Assembly: GCA_964016885.1 (NCBI GenBank)
Contig: OZ024743.1
Coordinates: forward strand, 63,240,001 to 63,304,000
DNA length: 64,000 nt
Direction: 5' to 3'
Source: Eledone cirrhosa
Taxonomy: Eukaryota
Positions 1 to 11,394 of the stretch are shown piece after piece. The notes under the pieces are model-generated. The model saw nothing but the letters and a program-made list of their open reading frames with translations. It did not search any database and was not told where the DNA came from. The position numbers were made by a program, and so were the translations under genes. Each line of letters begins with the position of its first letter. The first letter of the stretch is position 1.

Positions 1-843
1 CCTTCATAGCACCTTCTTTAAGAAAACAGAACTTAGAGATCCACAGACATGGAACTGGTTAAAAAGAGGAGACCTTAAAAAAGCTACAGAAGGAATGCTA
101 ATGGCTGCGCAAGAACAAGCCCTCAGAACGAAGTGGGTGAAACACCATATTGACAAGGAGGAAGCTAGCTCACTGTGTAGGATATGTGGAGAGAGAGAGG
201 AGACTGTGGCTCACATTGTATCCGAGTGTAAACACCTAGCCCAGACTCACTATAAAGGCTGGAGACATGATATGATAGGCAGGGTGATCCACTGGTATCT
301 ATGCAAACTAAACAATTTACCACATTCTGAGAAGTAGTATGAGCATAAGCCAGAGTCGGTGACAGAAAACGATCAGGTGAAGGTGCTATGGGATTTTAGG
401 ATACAGATGGACAAGAAATTAGAACACAATAGGCCTGACCTGGTGGTTTTGGACAAGGAAAAAAGATTGTACCTGATTGTAGATGTAGCCTGCCCATTTG
501 ACACAGGAGTGCAAGAAAAGGAGAGGGAGAAAATTAACCGATACCAGGATTTAAAGTGGGAGTTAAAAAGGATTTGGAACTGCCATGAAATCAAGGTCGT
601 CCTGATTGTCATAGGCGCACTAGGTACTATCTCAAAGAGTTTCCAAGGATGGTTAAAAAAAGATTAGTCCAGCCCCACTTTTTGGAACACTTCAAAAGGC
701 ATGCTTGCTGGGAACAGCAAGAACCCTCTGATATGTCCTGAATATCTGAGGCTGCAGGTAGGGCTTGATATTCATTTAAACTAACTTTCCAGTTGAATAA
801 CATCAATGACTGAGACTCAAAGAACAATAATAATAATAATGAT
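1..843 (+). mobile_element. 3' end of an R4/Dong-like non-LTR retrotransposon with restriction-like endonuclease, disrupted
   Basis: ORFs 95..337 and 359..667 give LMAAQEQALRT, a CCHC knuckle CRICGEREETVAHIVSEC, RHD, and the RLE core WDF..HNRPDLVV..IVDVACPFD..EKI.RYQDL..IGALG. In-frame TAG at 335-337, frameshift near 660. Ends in (TAA)n at about 826-843. Confidence 0.85.
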
Positions 844-845
844 AA

Positions 846-1697
846 CTAGCAGAATGGCCCGGTGTTGCCCGGGATTCTAAACATAGATTGGCATGTTTAT
901 CCTTCCTTTCTGAAACAGTACAGAGAAGTACAGAATACCTTGGCCTAGGGATGGTGTCTACATTTTGTGCTTATAAAAAAAATTTGCTGTAGATTACCAG
1001 GAGTTTAACTTAATTGGGTGCCTGAGAGTAAAATGTTCAACCCATGAAAGGCAAGACGATAAACCGAACAAACCGAACATGTATTTGTTGTGCTATGGTA
1101 CAATGAAAGCAATAGTTACAGAGCAGTAAGCATGTGGGACTGCAGTGGTCGAGAGCATGAAGGAATTGAGTTGGATACTTTTAAGGTTACAGGCCCTAAC
1201 ACAACCAAAATGCTAAACAATGCGGTCCCTAGGCAAAAATTTGAAATCTTGTTCAGTCAAGAAAATTTGTGAAACATAAGTAATGCATATGCAAAGTTTT
1301 AAAAAACAAAATTGGTTGGGTACTTCTCGAGTTACAGGCCCTAACGCAACCAAAAGGCCTTTAAAAAAATAAGTTTTTCGCCTAATGCGGTCCCTGGGGC
1401 CAAAAATGAGAAAATCTGTTTTGCTCAAAACACTTTAAACGACATAAGTAATGCAAATTTTGAAAAAATAGCCTGGATTATTGTTCAGTTATGCCTCAAA
1501 AAAGCCTTGAAAGCCTAAAATATGCAGTTTTTCGCCTAATGCGGGTCCTAGGGCATGGAAAATTTGAAATATATTTTGCTCAAAACACTCACACGACCAT
1601 AAGTATTACATGTGTAAAGTTTGAAAAAAATCGGTTGGGTGGTTCTCAAGTTTTAAGGGGACAGACAGACAGATATTCTCTGTTTTAGATATATAGA
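846..1697 (-). mobile_element. Non-autonomous Helitron, copy 1
   Basis: Minus strand starts TCTATATATCTAAAACAGAG, has (CTGT)n near the 5' end, and ends with the hairpin CCCGG-GCAACA-CCGGG then CCATTCTGCTAG. Inserted between A and T in a (TAA)n tract with no TSD. Confidence 0.85.
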
Positions 1698-1710
1698 TAA
1701 TAATAATAAT

Positions 1711-1881
1711 AATTGTTTCTACTTTTGGCACAAGGCCAGCAATCATCCAATACATTACTGGTACTTTATTTTATCAACCTCATAAGGATGAAGGGCAAAG
1801 TTAACCTCGGCGGGATTTGAACTCAGAACGTAAAGGGACGTAACTATGCTGGAAAGCATGTCCGACCCTCTACCGATACTG
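1711..1881 (-). mobile_element. SINE S1
   Basis: Same consensus, inserted in (TAA)n. Confidence 0.85.
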
Positions 1882-2869
1882 AATAATAATAATAATAACA
1901 ATAATAGGCTAGAGAGGAATTTCAACTGAGTAGGTACATGTTTTATGTCTGGGTTCCATGCTAATACTGGTTGGACAGGTTAGGAGACGAGACAGGTCAG
2001 AGGACCACATCATACTTATACATTCCTGTTTGGCATAGTTTCTACAGAATGGTGCCCTTTCTAACACCAACCAGTTTACTGTATACACTGGGTATATTTT
2101 ATAATGGCACAAGTACTACCATTTTGCAGAGTGGGTTGAGTGTATATATATAATCGTGGCACCAGCGCCTCCATTTGTAAAGTGCAGTGGGTGCATTCCA
2201 ATGGGGCATTGGCAATAAAAGAATTCATTTCTAAGCTTTTTACAGCAGTGAATGAGCAGACATGCTAGTGTTGGATTAAATGGTTGAGAAACCTAATAGG
2301 ACACTAGCTAAATCTGCATAGGTGTGAACTGTAAATTTCATTTCATCACACCTTTGTATGGAGATGAACAGGTGAGGAGGGTTTAAGAATAATGTGTGTG
2401 TATGACTTTATCTCAAATTGACAGATAATAAAGAGACAAATCTGAGAAGAAAGAAAAAATTACAGCTCACACCTATGTAAGTTTAGCTTGCCACATACAA
2501 AGTTTAATCTCAGGAGAGATTTTTCTAGGGTGTTTTAATGATAAAGGGACTTCATCCCATCATGAAAAGCAACATGAAATGAAGTGTTTTGCTAAAAAAA
2601 ACAATGATGCTTGCTCTAAGAATCTAACATATCTTATTTATGAGTGAGAATCCAACACCCTATCCACTAGGCCATATGCCTTCACAAATCTGAGAAAGCA
2701 GTGAAACCACCTCTGTTATTAACTCCAATGAGGGACAGGGAAACAGGAAAAGATAACCATGTGTTGTCTGCTACTGTAGGTAGAGTACAGTTGAAGATGA
2801 AACAAAGATAATTATAGAAGAGAAATAATTAGAGTTTACACACATACTTGGTCTTCCACACACATATGG

Positions 2870-3182
2870 AAGGCACTCCGTCGGTTGCAACGACAAGTGT
2901 TGATCTGATCAACAGAACAGTCTGCTCGTGAAATTAATGTGCAAGTGGCTGAGCATTCCACAAACATGCATACTCTTAACATAGTTCTCAAGGAGATTTG
3001 CCATGACACAGAATGTGGCAAGGCTCGTCCTTTGAATTAAAGGTACAACTCATTTTTGTCAGCTGAGTGAACTGGAGCAACGTGAAATAAAGTGTCTTGC
3101 TCAAGGACACAGCGTGCCACCGGGAACTAAACTCATGACTTTACAATTGTGAGCTGAATTCCCCAACCACAAAGCCTTCACT
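2870..3182 (-). mobile_element. tRNA-derived SINE family S2, representative. Related heads at about 2460-2686(-), 8500-8667(-), 9330-9530(-), 14810-15060(+), 15095-15232(-), 29940-30126(-), 30670-30880(-), 31185-31328(-), 48425-48552(+), 51540-51645(-)
   Basis: Family head TGGCCTAGTGGTTAGGGTGTTG..GGTCATGGGTTC, then GTG.CCTTGAGCAAGACACTT.ATTTCA and a shared body. Confidence 0.75.
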
Positions 3183-4729
3183 ACACACGTGTATATACTC
3201 ATATAACATTTAAATATATACATGTGTATATATGGATGCAACATGGCTGTATGGTTAAGAACTTTGCTTCACAATCATTAAGCCCTGGGCTGACCCATGC
3301 CTTGTGAGTGAAACTGGGTAGACAGAGGCCTGTTGTATGGACAGTAACTGTAATTCAAAGCATCAGCCTTGACACACTCTTTGTCATGCTGAATCTCCCT
3401 GAGAATTATGTTAAGAGTACACGCCTGTGTAACGATTAGCCACATACACGTGATTTAATGTGTAGTATGTTCAGTTGATTGAACAACTGGAACACTCTTC
3501 ATTGAAATCAATAGAGATCCATTCTGTATATACACATGTGAGTATATATGTTATATGTGAATATACACATGAGTATATATACACATAAAACATTATATAT
3601 ATATGCACACACACACACACGCACAGCCAAACACGTGTGTGTATATATGTGTAAATCTTTATAGTGGAAAGGTTTCAAGTATATGATATTAGAAGCATTA
3701 ACAGTTTCACTTGCTGGTAAATTAGTTTGATCTGCAGTCTAGCACAGAAAACTTTGAAGATTATCCTTTTCTATAAATATGAGAGAGAGAGAGGAGGGAC
3801 AGATTAGAACTGATTGATATGAACTTAACAGGTATTTTTTTTCTTATTTTCACTGAGGGAAGAAAAATGATAGTTTATATATAAATATATATATATATCT
3901 ACACACACATACACAATATATGATGACAATTCTATTGCATCAGCAAAACCTTTGATCATGTCTACTACAGAGAACTTCCTAGCTAAGTTTCACATCTATG
4001 ACACCTATAGGCTCCATCCTTCTCATCTCTTGTACTGGAAGCTTTTTGTCAGCTCTTTACCAGACCAGCCAATCAATGGGCTGATAGTGTGGGAGTGAGG
4101 TGGGGTTGCTCTCTCTAACCCACCTTCTAACAACTCTGATGTACACCAATGTTTGTTTATTGTCCTCCTCACTTTATGCATATTAACGGCAGGTTTTTTT
4201 TCACAGCTAACAACAATCACTGCAAAACTGAGGCTATCAGTTTTTTTAACCTTCCCAACCATGGCATCATCCACCTGAATTAGACATCATCATCATCGTC
4301 AATGTTTAACGTCCATTTTTCCCTGCTAGCATGGGTTAGACGAGTTGTCCTGCTGTGAGACAAGCCAAATCAGATGACCGTGTCTTGCATGACACCTCAT
4401 ACTAAACCTGTACTGCCTCCACAAACATATTCTGATGACAGGATTCAGGAATTTGTATTTATTTAGCTTGAATGGCTCTTAGGTGCCCTGAATTTGTTTT
4501 TCTTTTTTTTTAGTTTCATTAAATCTGCAATTCATGTATTAAAATAAAAGCCATTACTAATGATCGTGACTAATGATCTGGACATTGAATCTTATCAAGA
4601 AATTGCTTCTAAGCCAATAATTGCATCCAATAAGAAAAACGTTAACTAAATTCATGCTTTTTTTAAAAATGTATTTTTATGTGGCTCCAATCAGCTCAAT
4701 TATTTTTCTTTTTAGTTAAAAATGTCTCT

Positions 4730-5165
4730 TCAAATTGAAACAGCCCCCTACCCTGTCCTTTGGAGATATGACAATTTAGTTTCTTTTAACAGCACAAGAA
4801 CACATCACTGCTCCTATCAACAGAACAAACCGATGCCTCACTCTCCTTAGTCTCGAATAATATATAATTAAACCTTCAGAATCACTACAAATGCTCAGCT
4901 CCACATTCTCTGATCTTTCCCAACAATCTCACATATAATAATTAAATCTGTATCCAAAAGACTAGTGTCCCTGGTCAAGGTCAGGAAATACTTCAGCCCT
5001 GATCAACTGCTGATCCTCTGTAAAGCTAAAAAAAACCCAGAATGGGCTATTATTACATACAGAGACATCCTAGATCACATAAAAAAATCCTGTCAAAGAT
5101 TAACTTTTCAACTTAATACGATGTCTCCTCCTGTTTATTACACTGCTACTATGATGGTTTATATT
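4730..5165 (+). mobile_element. Decayed CR1/L2-group LINE RT C-terminal fragment
   Basis: W..DNLVSFNST.T remnant and LVKVRKYFSPDQLLILCKA, which resembles the L.R.RRYF...QLL.LYKAQ thumb region. Confidence 0.5.
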
Positions 5166-5254
5166 CATAACAAGCAGCCAATAGAGTGTATAACTGGGAG
5201 ATCAGAGAGTCATTCCATGTGGAGCTGCAACTTCTCCGAATTGAGATATCACAG

Positions 5255-5500
5255 TTCTGATACTATGGGCATGTGGTTAGAATGTCTCAGGAAAGAATCA
5301 CTGGACAGATTTTATGGTCAAAACCAACTGGCAAGAGACCCAGGGGTAGACCCTGGGCAAGATGGTTGAACAACATACATGAGCTTGGCTGGTCTCGCTT
5401 GGTGACCCAGCTGGATGAGTTGGAAACGGTTACTTTTGACAGGACCCGGTGGATGGAGTGTTTGAGGACTCTTAACCCACCATCCTCTCAGGAATAAGTG
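5255..5500 (+). mobile_element. 3' end of a different RTE-group LINE
   Basis: GHVVRMSQER..QIL...PTGKRPRGRP..RW..DR..W in ORF 5273..5497. Confidence 0.7.
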
Positions 5501-6671
5501 GGCAAAGAAGAAGCAGCTCATTTCTGCTTCATCATTCAGGTATACTAACATTAGGCATCCAATTTAATGCCTGGCTCACTACCATGCAACATCATACATT
5601 TTTACACAAGAATCATACAATCTGCCCTTTACACTGACAGAGAATCTTTTCTTGACAGTTTCAGCTTTCTCAATTCTTCTTACCCACATTCTTTCACTGG
5701 TTAATATACATTCTCATTAAGTTAACTAGGTAACAGAATCTATCAACTACTATAATGCCATCTGAACATTTGAAACAATGTATTCCTTGAGCACTCTTAC
5801 TACTTGAGTGCATTTGTTAAATATGAAGGCCTTTTCACTCTTAGCCTATCTATGATTACACTGCACGTCTTGTACACCCATATTTTACACACACACAAAC
5901 AAACAAACATGTATACTTACAAAAAGAAATCTTTATATGCATTTATACACAACATAAACAAGCATTTTAAGGCCAATTTCCTGCTAAAGTAGAAGTTAAT
6001 CAAGTGGGTGCTATGACATGCTTCATACTCATCATGTGGTCTTTTCTGAGGCAATGTTTCACAACAAAATGGTCTCACTGGCACCAAATCATCATCTTCA
6101 CCAATACTGTTTAACATCTATTTTCCATGCTTGCATGGGTTAGATGGGTTGTTATGTTCTGAAGGTAGACTGGTCAAGCAACTACGTTTTGCACATACAT
6201 TCTGTTTTGGGTTGGTTTTTAAGGCTAGATGCCCTTCCTAATGCCAACTCTTTTACAGCTTGTACTGGCAGCATTTTATCATGACTCCAGCACTACCATT
6301 TATATATATTGCTGGTGTCATGAAAAATGCACTGAACACACCTTGTAAAGTGGTTGGTGATAGGAAGGGCATCATGCTGTAGATACCAACTCAAAGGGTT
6401 GAAAGTTGCGCCAAACATAATAACCATCCCCAGTGTTGGTTCCACAAAAAATTGCACCCAGTGTACTCGGTAGAAAGCAGGAATATATGTAAATGAGATG
6501 AAGTCCCAGTTCATTTGAGAGATCAGTATCTCTGATTGAATACTAACTTGGTTTGAAATGACACGTCAAATCCTTGCTATGCTAATAGATAAAATGGATG
6601 TTAAATGATGAGAATATTAGTGTATATTTGTTTCAATAATCTGTGTCTCTTCTTTCTTTCTTTCTTTCTTT

Positions 6672-6700
<29 letters not shown>

Positions 6701-6702
<2 letters not shown>

Positions 6703-7167
6703 CAAAGTAAAACCTACTACCTCTCCAAGACAATGTCACTGGACCGAGATCTTTGGCGGTACTCAGTAATAGAGAAGACCCGCCTTACCTAAATACAAAG
6801 TAAAACCTACTACAGTCAGTAAGCATCTCTAACAAAATACACCCCTGTCCCATCCACACCGCCCCTTTCAATGTAAAATTATGTTGGTGCCACAACATCC
6901 AGGCCGAAACAAATGATACCGTGTAGGTGTCACGACAAAAAAAACACACAGTCCACGCTGTAATATGGCCGTGTCGGCAACACGGTAAAAACCTCCCAGT
7001 CCCACACTGTAAATGTCGTTGGTGTTAGGAAGGGCATCCAGCTGTAGAAAACCCGCCAGACTGTCCTATGCGAGTAAGACAACCACTCTTGCCTCAAGTG
7101 GGAAAACTCCCGTCCAAACCCATGCAAGCGTGGAACATGGACGTTAAACGATGATGATGATGATGAT
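6701..7167 (+). mobile_element. Heavily 5'-truncated RTE copy (last codons, 3' UTR and (GAT)n)
   Basis: 6721-6905 is nearly identical to 8033-8230. It continues through the AGGAAGGGCATCC box to GGACGTTAAACG(ATG)n. Confidence 0.88.
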
Positions 7168-7216
7168 AAATAATGAAAAAGAAGTCAGTGTATTTCAATT
7201 TTACATCATTTTATTA

Positions 7217-7273
7217 CTGTTATATATATTTTAGTGGTATCTATTATGTAATGGATACAACCTCATCAGAGAG
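7217..7273 (-). ncRNA. Degenerate minimal type I hammerhead ribozyme (PLE/retrozyme-type)
   Basis: CTCT-CTGATGA-GGTTGTATC-loop-GATACCACT-[A]AAA-TATATA-TA-ACAG. The G of GAAA is lost. Confidence 0.45.
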
Positions 7274-7356
7274 CTATTGCATAATCATTTGTTCAACGGG
7301 TGATCCGTAGTGGGTGGGTTTGGATGTTACTCCTCCAATGCCCAGCTGACATATAT

Positions 7357-8230
7357 ATTGTGTCAGAAATGCAAAGTATGGGTGCATAAAAGATGTAGTG
7401 GGATCACAGGTAAGCTAACTAAGAACATAGATTTCACATGTGGCCGGTGCTCTGGTGCAATAAGTAGCAGCAAGTGCCCACAAAATACTAGCTCTTTCAA
7501 CTGCGCAGAGGGCTCTATAGAAATAGTGGACAGCTTCCGTTACCTGGGTGACAAAATCAGCAGTGGGGGAGGGTGCTCTGAAAGTACAGTAGCTAGAGTC
7601 AGAACTGGATGGAAAAAGTTCAGAGAGCTTATACCACTATTAGCCGCTAAAGGGTTCTCCCTAAAAATGAAAGGCAGGTTGTATGATGCCTGCATACGAA
7701 CAGCAATGTTGCATGGCAGTGAGACCTGGGCATTGTGTGCAGAGGATATACGCAGACTAGAGAAGAACGAAGCTTGCATGCTCCGCTGGATGTGTAATAG
7801 TAATATACGTGAACGGCAAAGCATAAACGAACTAAGGAAAAAATTAGAAATAAGAGGGATCAGATGTTGTTTACTCGAGAGAAGGCTACGTTGGTATGGA
7901 CATGTGATGCGCATGAAAGTCGATAGCTGTATAACAAAGTGCAGGGCAATAAAGATAGACGGTAGCCACGGAATAGGCAGACCTAGAAAAACCTGGGACG
8001 AGCTGATAAACTCCGACCTCACACACTTACACCTCTCCAAGACAATGTCACTGGACCGAGACCTTTGGCGGTACTCAGTAATAGAGAAGACCCGCCTTAC
8101 CTAAATACATAGTAAAACCTACTACAGTCAGTAGGCATCTCTAACAAAATATACCCCCGTCCCACCACCCCCACCCCATCCACACCGCCCCTTCTATGTA
8201 AAGTTATGTTGGTGCCACACCATCCAGGCC
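7357..8230 (+). mobile_element. RTE LINE 3' fragment, second subfamily, open frame
   Basis: ORF 7310..8104 aligns with the C-terminal quarter of the 1018-aa ORF (ILCQKCKVWVHKRC...RLRWYGHV) and is followed by a different 3' UTR. Confidence 0.92.
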
Positions 8231-8330
8231 TGTAGCTCTAGTTCACTAGCTTCTATGGAGCGCTTGCCACACATCTCGGAAGTTGTTTTTCGCTAATTTT
8301 CAATAGCCGAAACACGATTCTCGCTAATTT

Positions 8331-8498
8331 CATCATCATCATCATTTAACGTCCGCTTTTCCCTGCTTGCAAGGGTGGGACGGGAACTGATTCTGGCTTG
8401 ATTTCTACAGCTGGATGCCCTTCTTAACACCAACCTCATTTACAGTGAGTGCTGGGTGCTTTTTTGCCGTGGTACCTCCACGACCACTTTGCAGTGGA
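8331..8498 (-). mobile_element. RTE 3'-UTR/tail copy of the 42-45 kb subfamily
   Basis: The reverse complement matches 45419-45580 (GTGG..GTGGAGGT.CCACGGCAAAAAAGCACCCAGCACTCACTGTAAATGAGG) and ends in (GAT)n. Confidence 0.8.
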
Positions 8499-8674
8499 AT
8501 GATATGGACCCCAGTCCCTATCATCTCATTTCTACAGCTGAGTAAACTGGAGCAATGTGAAATAAAGTGTCTTGCTCAAGGAAACAACATATCACCCAGT
8601 CTGAGAATTGAACTCACAACCTTTCAATTGCAAGGCCAATGCTCTAACCACTATGCCATGTGCCTCCATTTATG

Positions 8675-8738
<64 letters not shown>

Positions 8739-8831
8739 GACAGACACACACACCAAGTATGGTAAAGCAGCCATAAGAACGATTGATGATATAAATATAT
8801 ATAACAATTAGAGAATGTATGAAGTACTTAC

Positions 8832-8921
8832 CCTCCAAGGTCAGCAGGTAAGCGAATTATTGCCAGATCATTAAGCCCTAAATGTGTTAAATTTCTTAGC
8901 TGTGTCAAACCTTCAGGAAGT
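8832..8921 (-). CDS. scrib: Next internal coding exon (90 bp) of the Scribble-like LRR protein
   Basis: Minus strand: ttttcttttctgttacAG acceptor and GG|GTAAGT donor. Joins the previous exon in phase (AG|A = Arg) and reads LPEGLTQLRNLTHLGLNDLAIIRLPADLG(G). LGLND and the upstream DxSSNP fit Scribble better than Erbin/Densin. Confidence 0.92.
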
Positions 8922-10747
8922 CTGTAACAGAAAAGAAAAAGAACAAAAACAAATTAAAAGATAAAAAATATAGAAAAATATTTGTTCAAAAGGAAAGGAG
9001 CTGACCATCAGACTAGATCAAGGAAACAACGGTTCCATTGGTGTTTTTGTTGCTGATAACATCTATCAGACACAACTACTGGCAGAAGGGGACAGCATTT
9101 AAACTAAAAATGTACAGAACTGGATCACATACTGCAGAAGATACCATCTGACTCATTGACAATTTCACCAATTTTCTTCCCTTGGACTGTTACTTTATTT
9201 ATTAATCCGAAAAAAATGAAAGGCAAAGTTGACCATGGTGTGACTTGAACTCAAAGTACTGAGAGCTGGAACAAATACGGAGATATTTAATCCAACACTC
9301 TAATAACTGAAAAAATAAAATATGAAATTTACAGCTTTCACCTATGTGGGTTTACCTGACTTCTTATGTGGTAGCATCCCATAAGAGGTTTCTTGTTTGT
9401 TTCAATGATAGAAGCTCCAGTTTTATCATGAAAAGCTAATTGAAATGAAGTGTCTTGCTTAAGAACAACAGAAATCGAACCCATGACCTTATGATCATGA
9501 GACCAACACCTTAACCACTAGGCCACATGCCAATCATATATCACCATTAGCATTGGTATATATTCATCAGGGTACTATTTCTAGCTCTTTTTTTTTGTCT
9601 CCTTTCCAATAAGGTATTTAAATGTTAATCTTGCAACACAATTCCTGTTATCTATTTACAGCTTGCTGGGAAGACTCAGTAGAAGTAAAGTGACTTTGCC
9701 AGGGACATAAGCCAACAGGACAGCATCTTTACAACACTGTCAGTTCTAATTCTTTGAAGTATATTAATAAACTGCTTTGATGGAAAACAAGCACGAGAGA
9801 AAAATTGAGGTATGTCAGCATGTGATGAGTTGAGGTGAGAGGAAAGGAATATTTAACATTTTTGGCAGAACTTTTCATGTAAGTGACTTCCGATTTGAGA
9901 GAACTGCCGCCTTTTTGACCCTTTCATTACCATATTTCAAATAAAAGACAGCATATGATTTTCAAATAAGCAAAGATTTTAGAAGATTTAGTAATATAAC
10001 TTTCTCATTATTAATCTGGCGTTTGAAGTATAACTTAAAGATTTTAGATAAAATTATAAAGGAAGGTTTTTTTCGACAAATATAAACATAGCGTTGTGTC
10101 ACAGAGCCAGGGGTGGTTTCAGACAGCTTAGTATCAAAAAGGTTAACCCTCTCCTCCTTTTCACCCATAAAAGAGACAAAGCTTGAGTTGACCAGAAGTT
10201 ATGTAAAGGACACTTTCCCAAGGTGCCACACAGTGACATCAGACTGCCAGAGCTGTGTTTGCACAGCTCAGTTAAAGCCAGTTTCCAGGTTAGTTTCAAT
10301 CTTTATGCAGTGGCCATGATTTCATTTTTTTCATGGCCTTTTTACAACTGTTTTGTTTATTTTTTATTAAACCTAGTCCAGTGGTGTATGTAAAAACAAA
10401 GCTAAATGCATTGCTAAGGTGTATGTTTGTGTAAAAACAAAGCTGAATGTGCAACTAAGGTGTGTGTGTGTGTAAAATATTGGCAGAGAGCCCATATTAA
10501 GGAAGAAAGAGGTATACTCCATCTTCAGCGACAGCCAACAAGCTAATTATTTTGACTTCATTCAGCCTGTCAATAATTCAGTATTCATGTAGGGCCAGAA
10601 GATTGCAGTCATTGTTATTATTATTACTACTACCACATTTTGTGTTGTATTTTTCGCTTTTGTATTGTTCCCAACGTCTTGGGCCCGTGTGGCCAATGAA
10701 AGAGATCATGAATATTCTAATTATAATTACTACTGTAGTTGTTAAAA

Positions 10748-10976
10748 GGGCGGTGGATTGGCAAAATCGGTAGAGCGTCGGAAACAAAGCATTACAGCAC
10801 AGAGTTACAGTCCTTTGCTTTCCAAGTTCAAATCCTGCCAAGGTTAACTTTGTCTTTCATCCTTCCAGGGTCAGTAAAATAAAGCACCAGTAATGCACTG
10901 GGATCAATTTAATCAGCGTTCCCCTCCCCTTCAAATTGCTGGCATTGTGCCTAAAGTAGAAACAATTATTATTATT
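10748..10976 (+). mobile_element. SINE S1, longer variant
   Basis: GGCGGTGGATTGGC..GTTCAAATCC..CTTTCATCCTTCC..AGTAGAAACAATTATT. Confidence 0.82.
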
Positions 10977-11394
10977 GTAGTTGTTATGGATCCTGTCCAG
11001 AAGCTAATGGAAACTAGTTTACAAGAAGGCATAGTTTCCAAATTTTTAAAATAGATTTGCCTACATTTTAACTTGGCTAGAAACAGCTTTTGCAGAAAAT
11101 TACATATGAAAGTCTCCATTTAAAGAATCTAAAAACCAGCAACTTCATCTATATATTTTTTTTTAAATTTCAATTCCACAATTTATTCAATAAAATTTTT
11201 CTTCACTATCTAGCATATGTAAATCATGCTCTTAACTCTTAATGTCCTGCACCATATGAAACTGCATTAGCAAGATATTCTTGAAAAATATAAAACAGTA
11301 CTATGCCTGCATTATGTTAAAAATTAAGCTTCCCAAACATCTATCCACTAATAAAGATACTATAAACATTTAAATTAAACCCATTTTTAGATAT

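Noticed and set aside
820-845. SINE S1 tail derived from the Dong-like LINE 3' end
   Set aside because: Only AACAAT is shared, and the tails are of opposite sense, (TTA)n versus (TAA)n.
8845-8854. Strong + strand splice donor CAG|GTAAGC
   Set aside because: It is the reverse complement of the Arg-Leu-Pro codons in the scrib exon. No supporting + strand exon.
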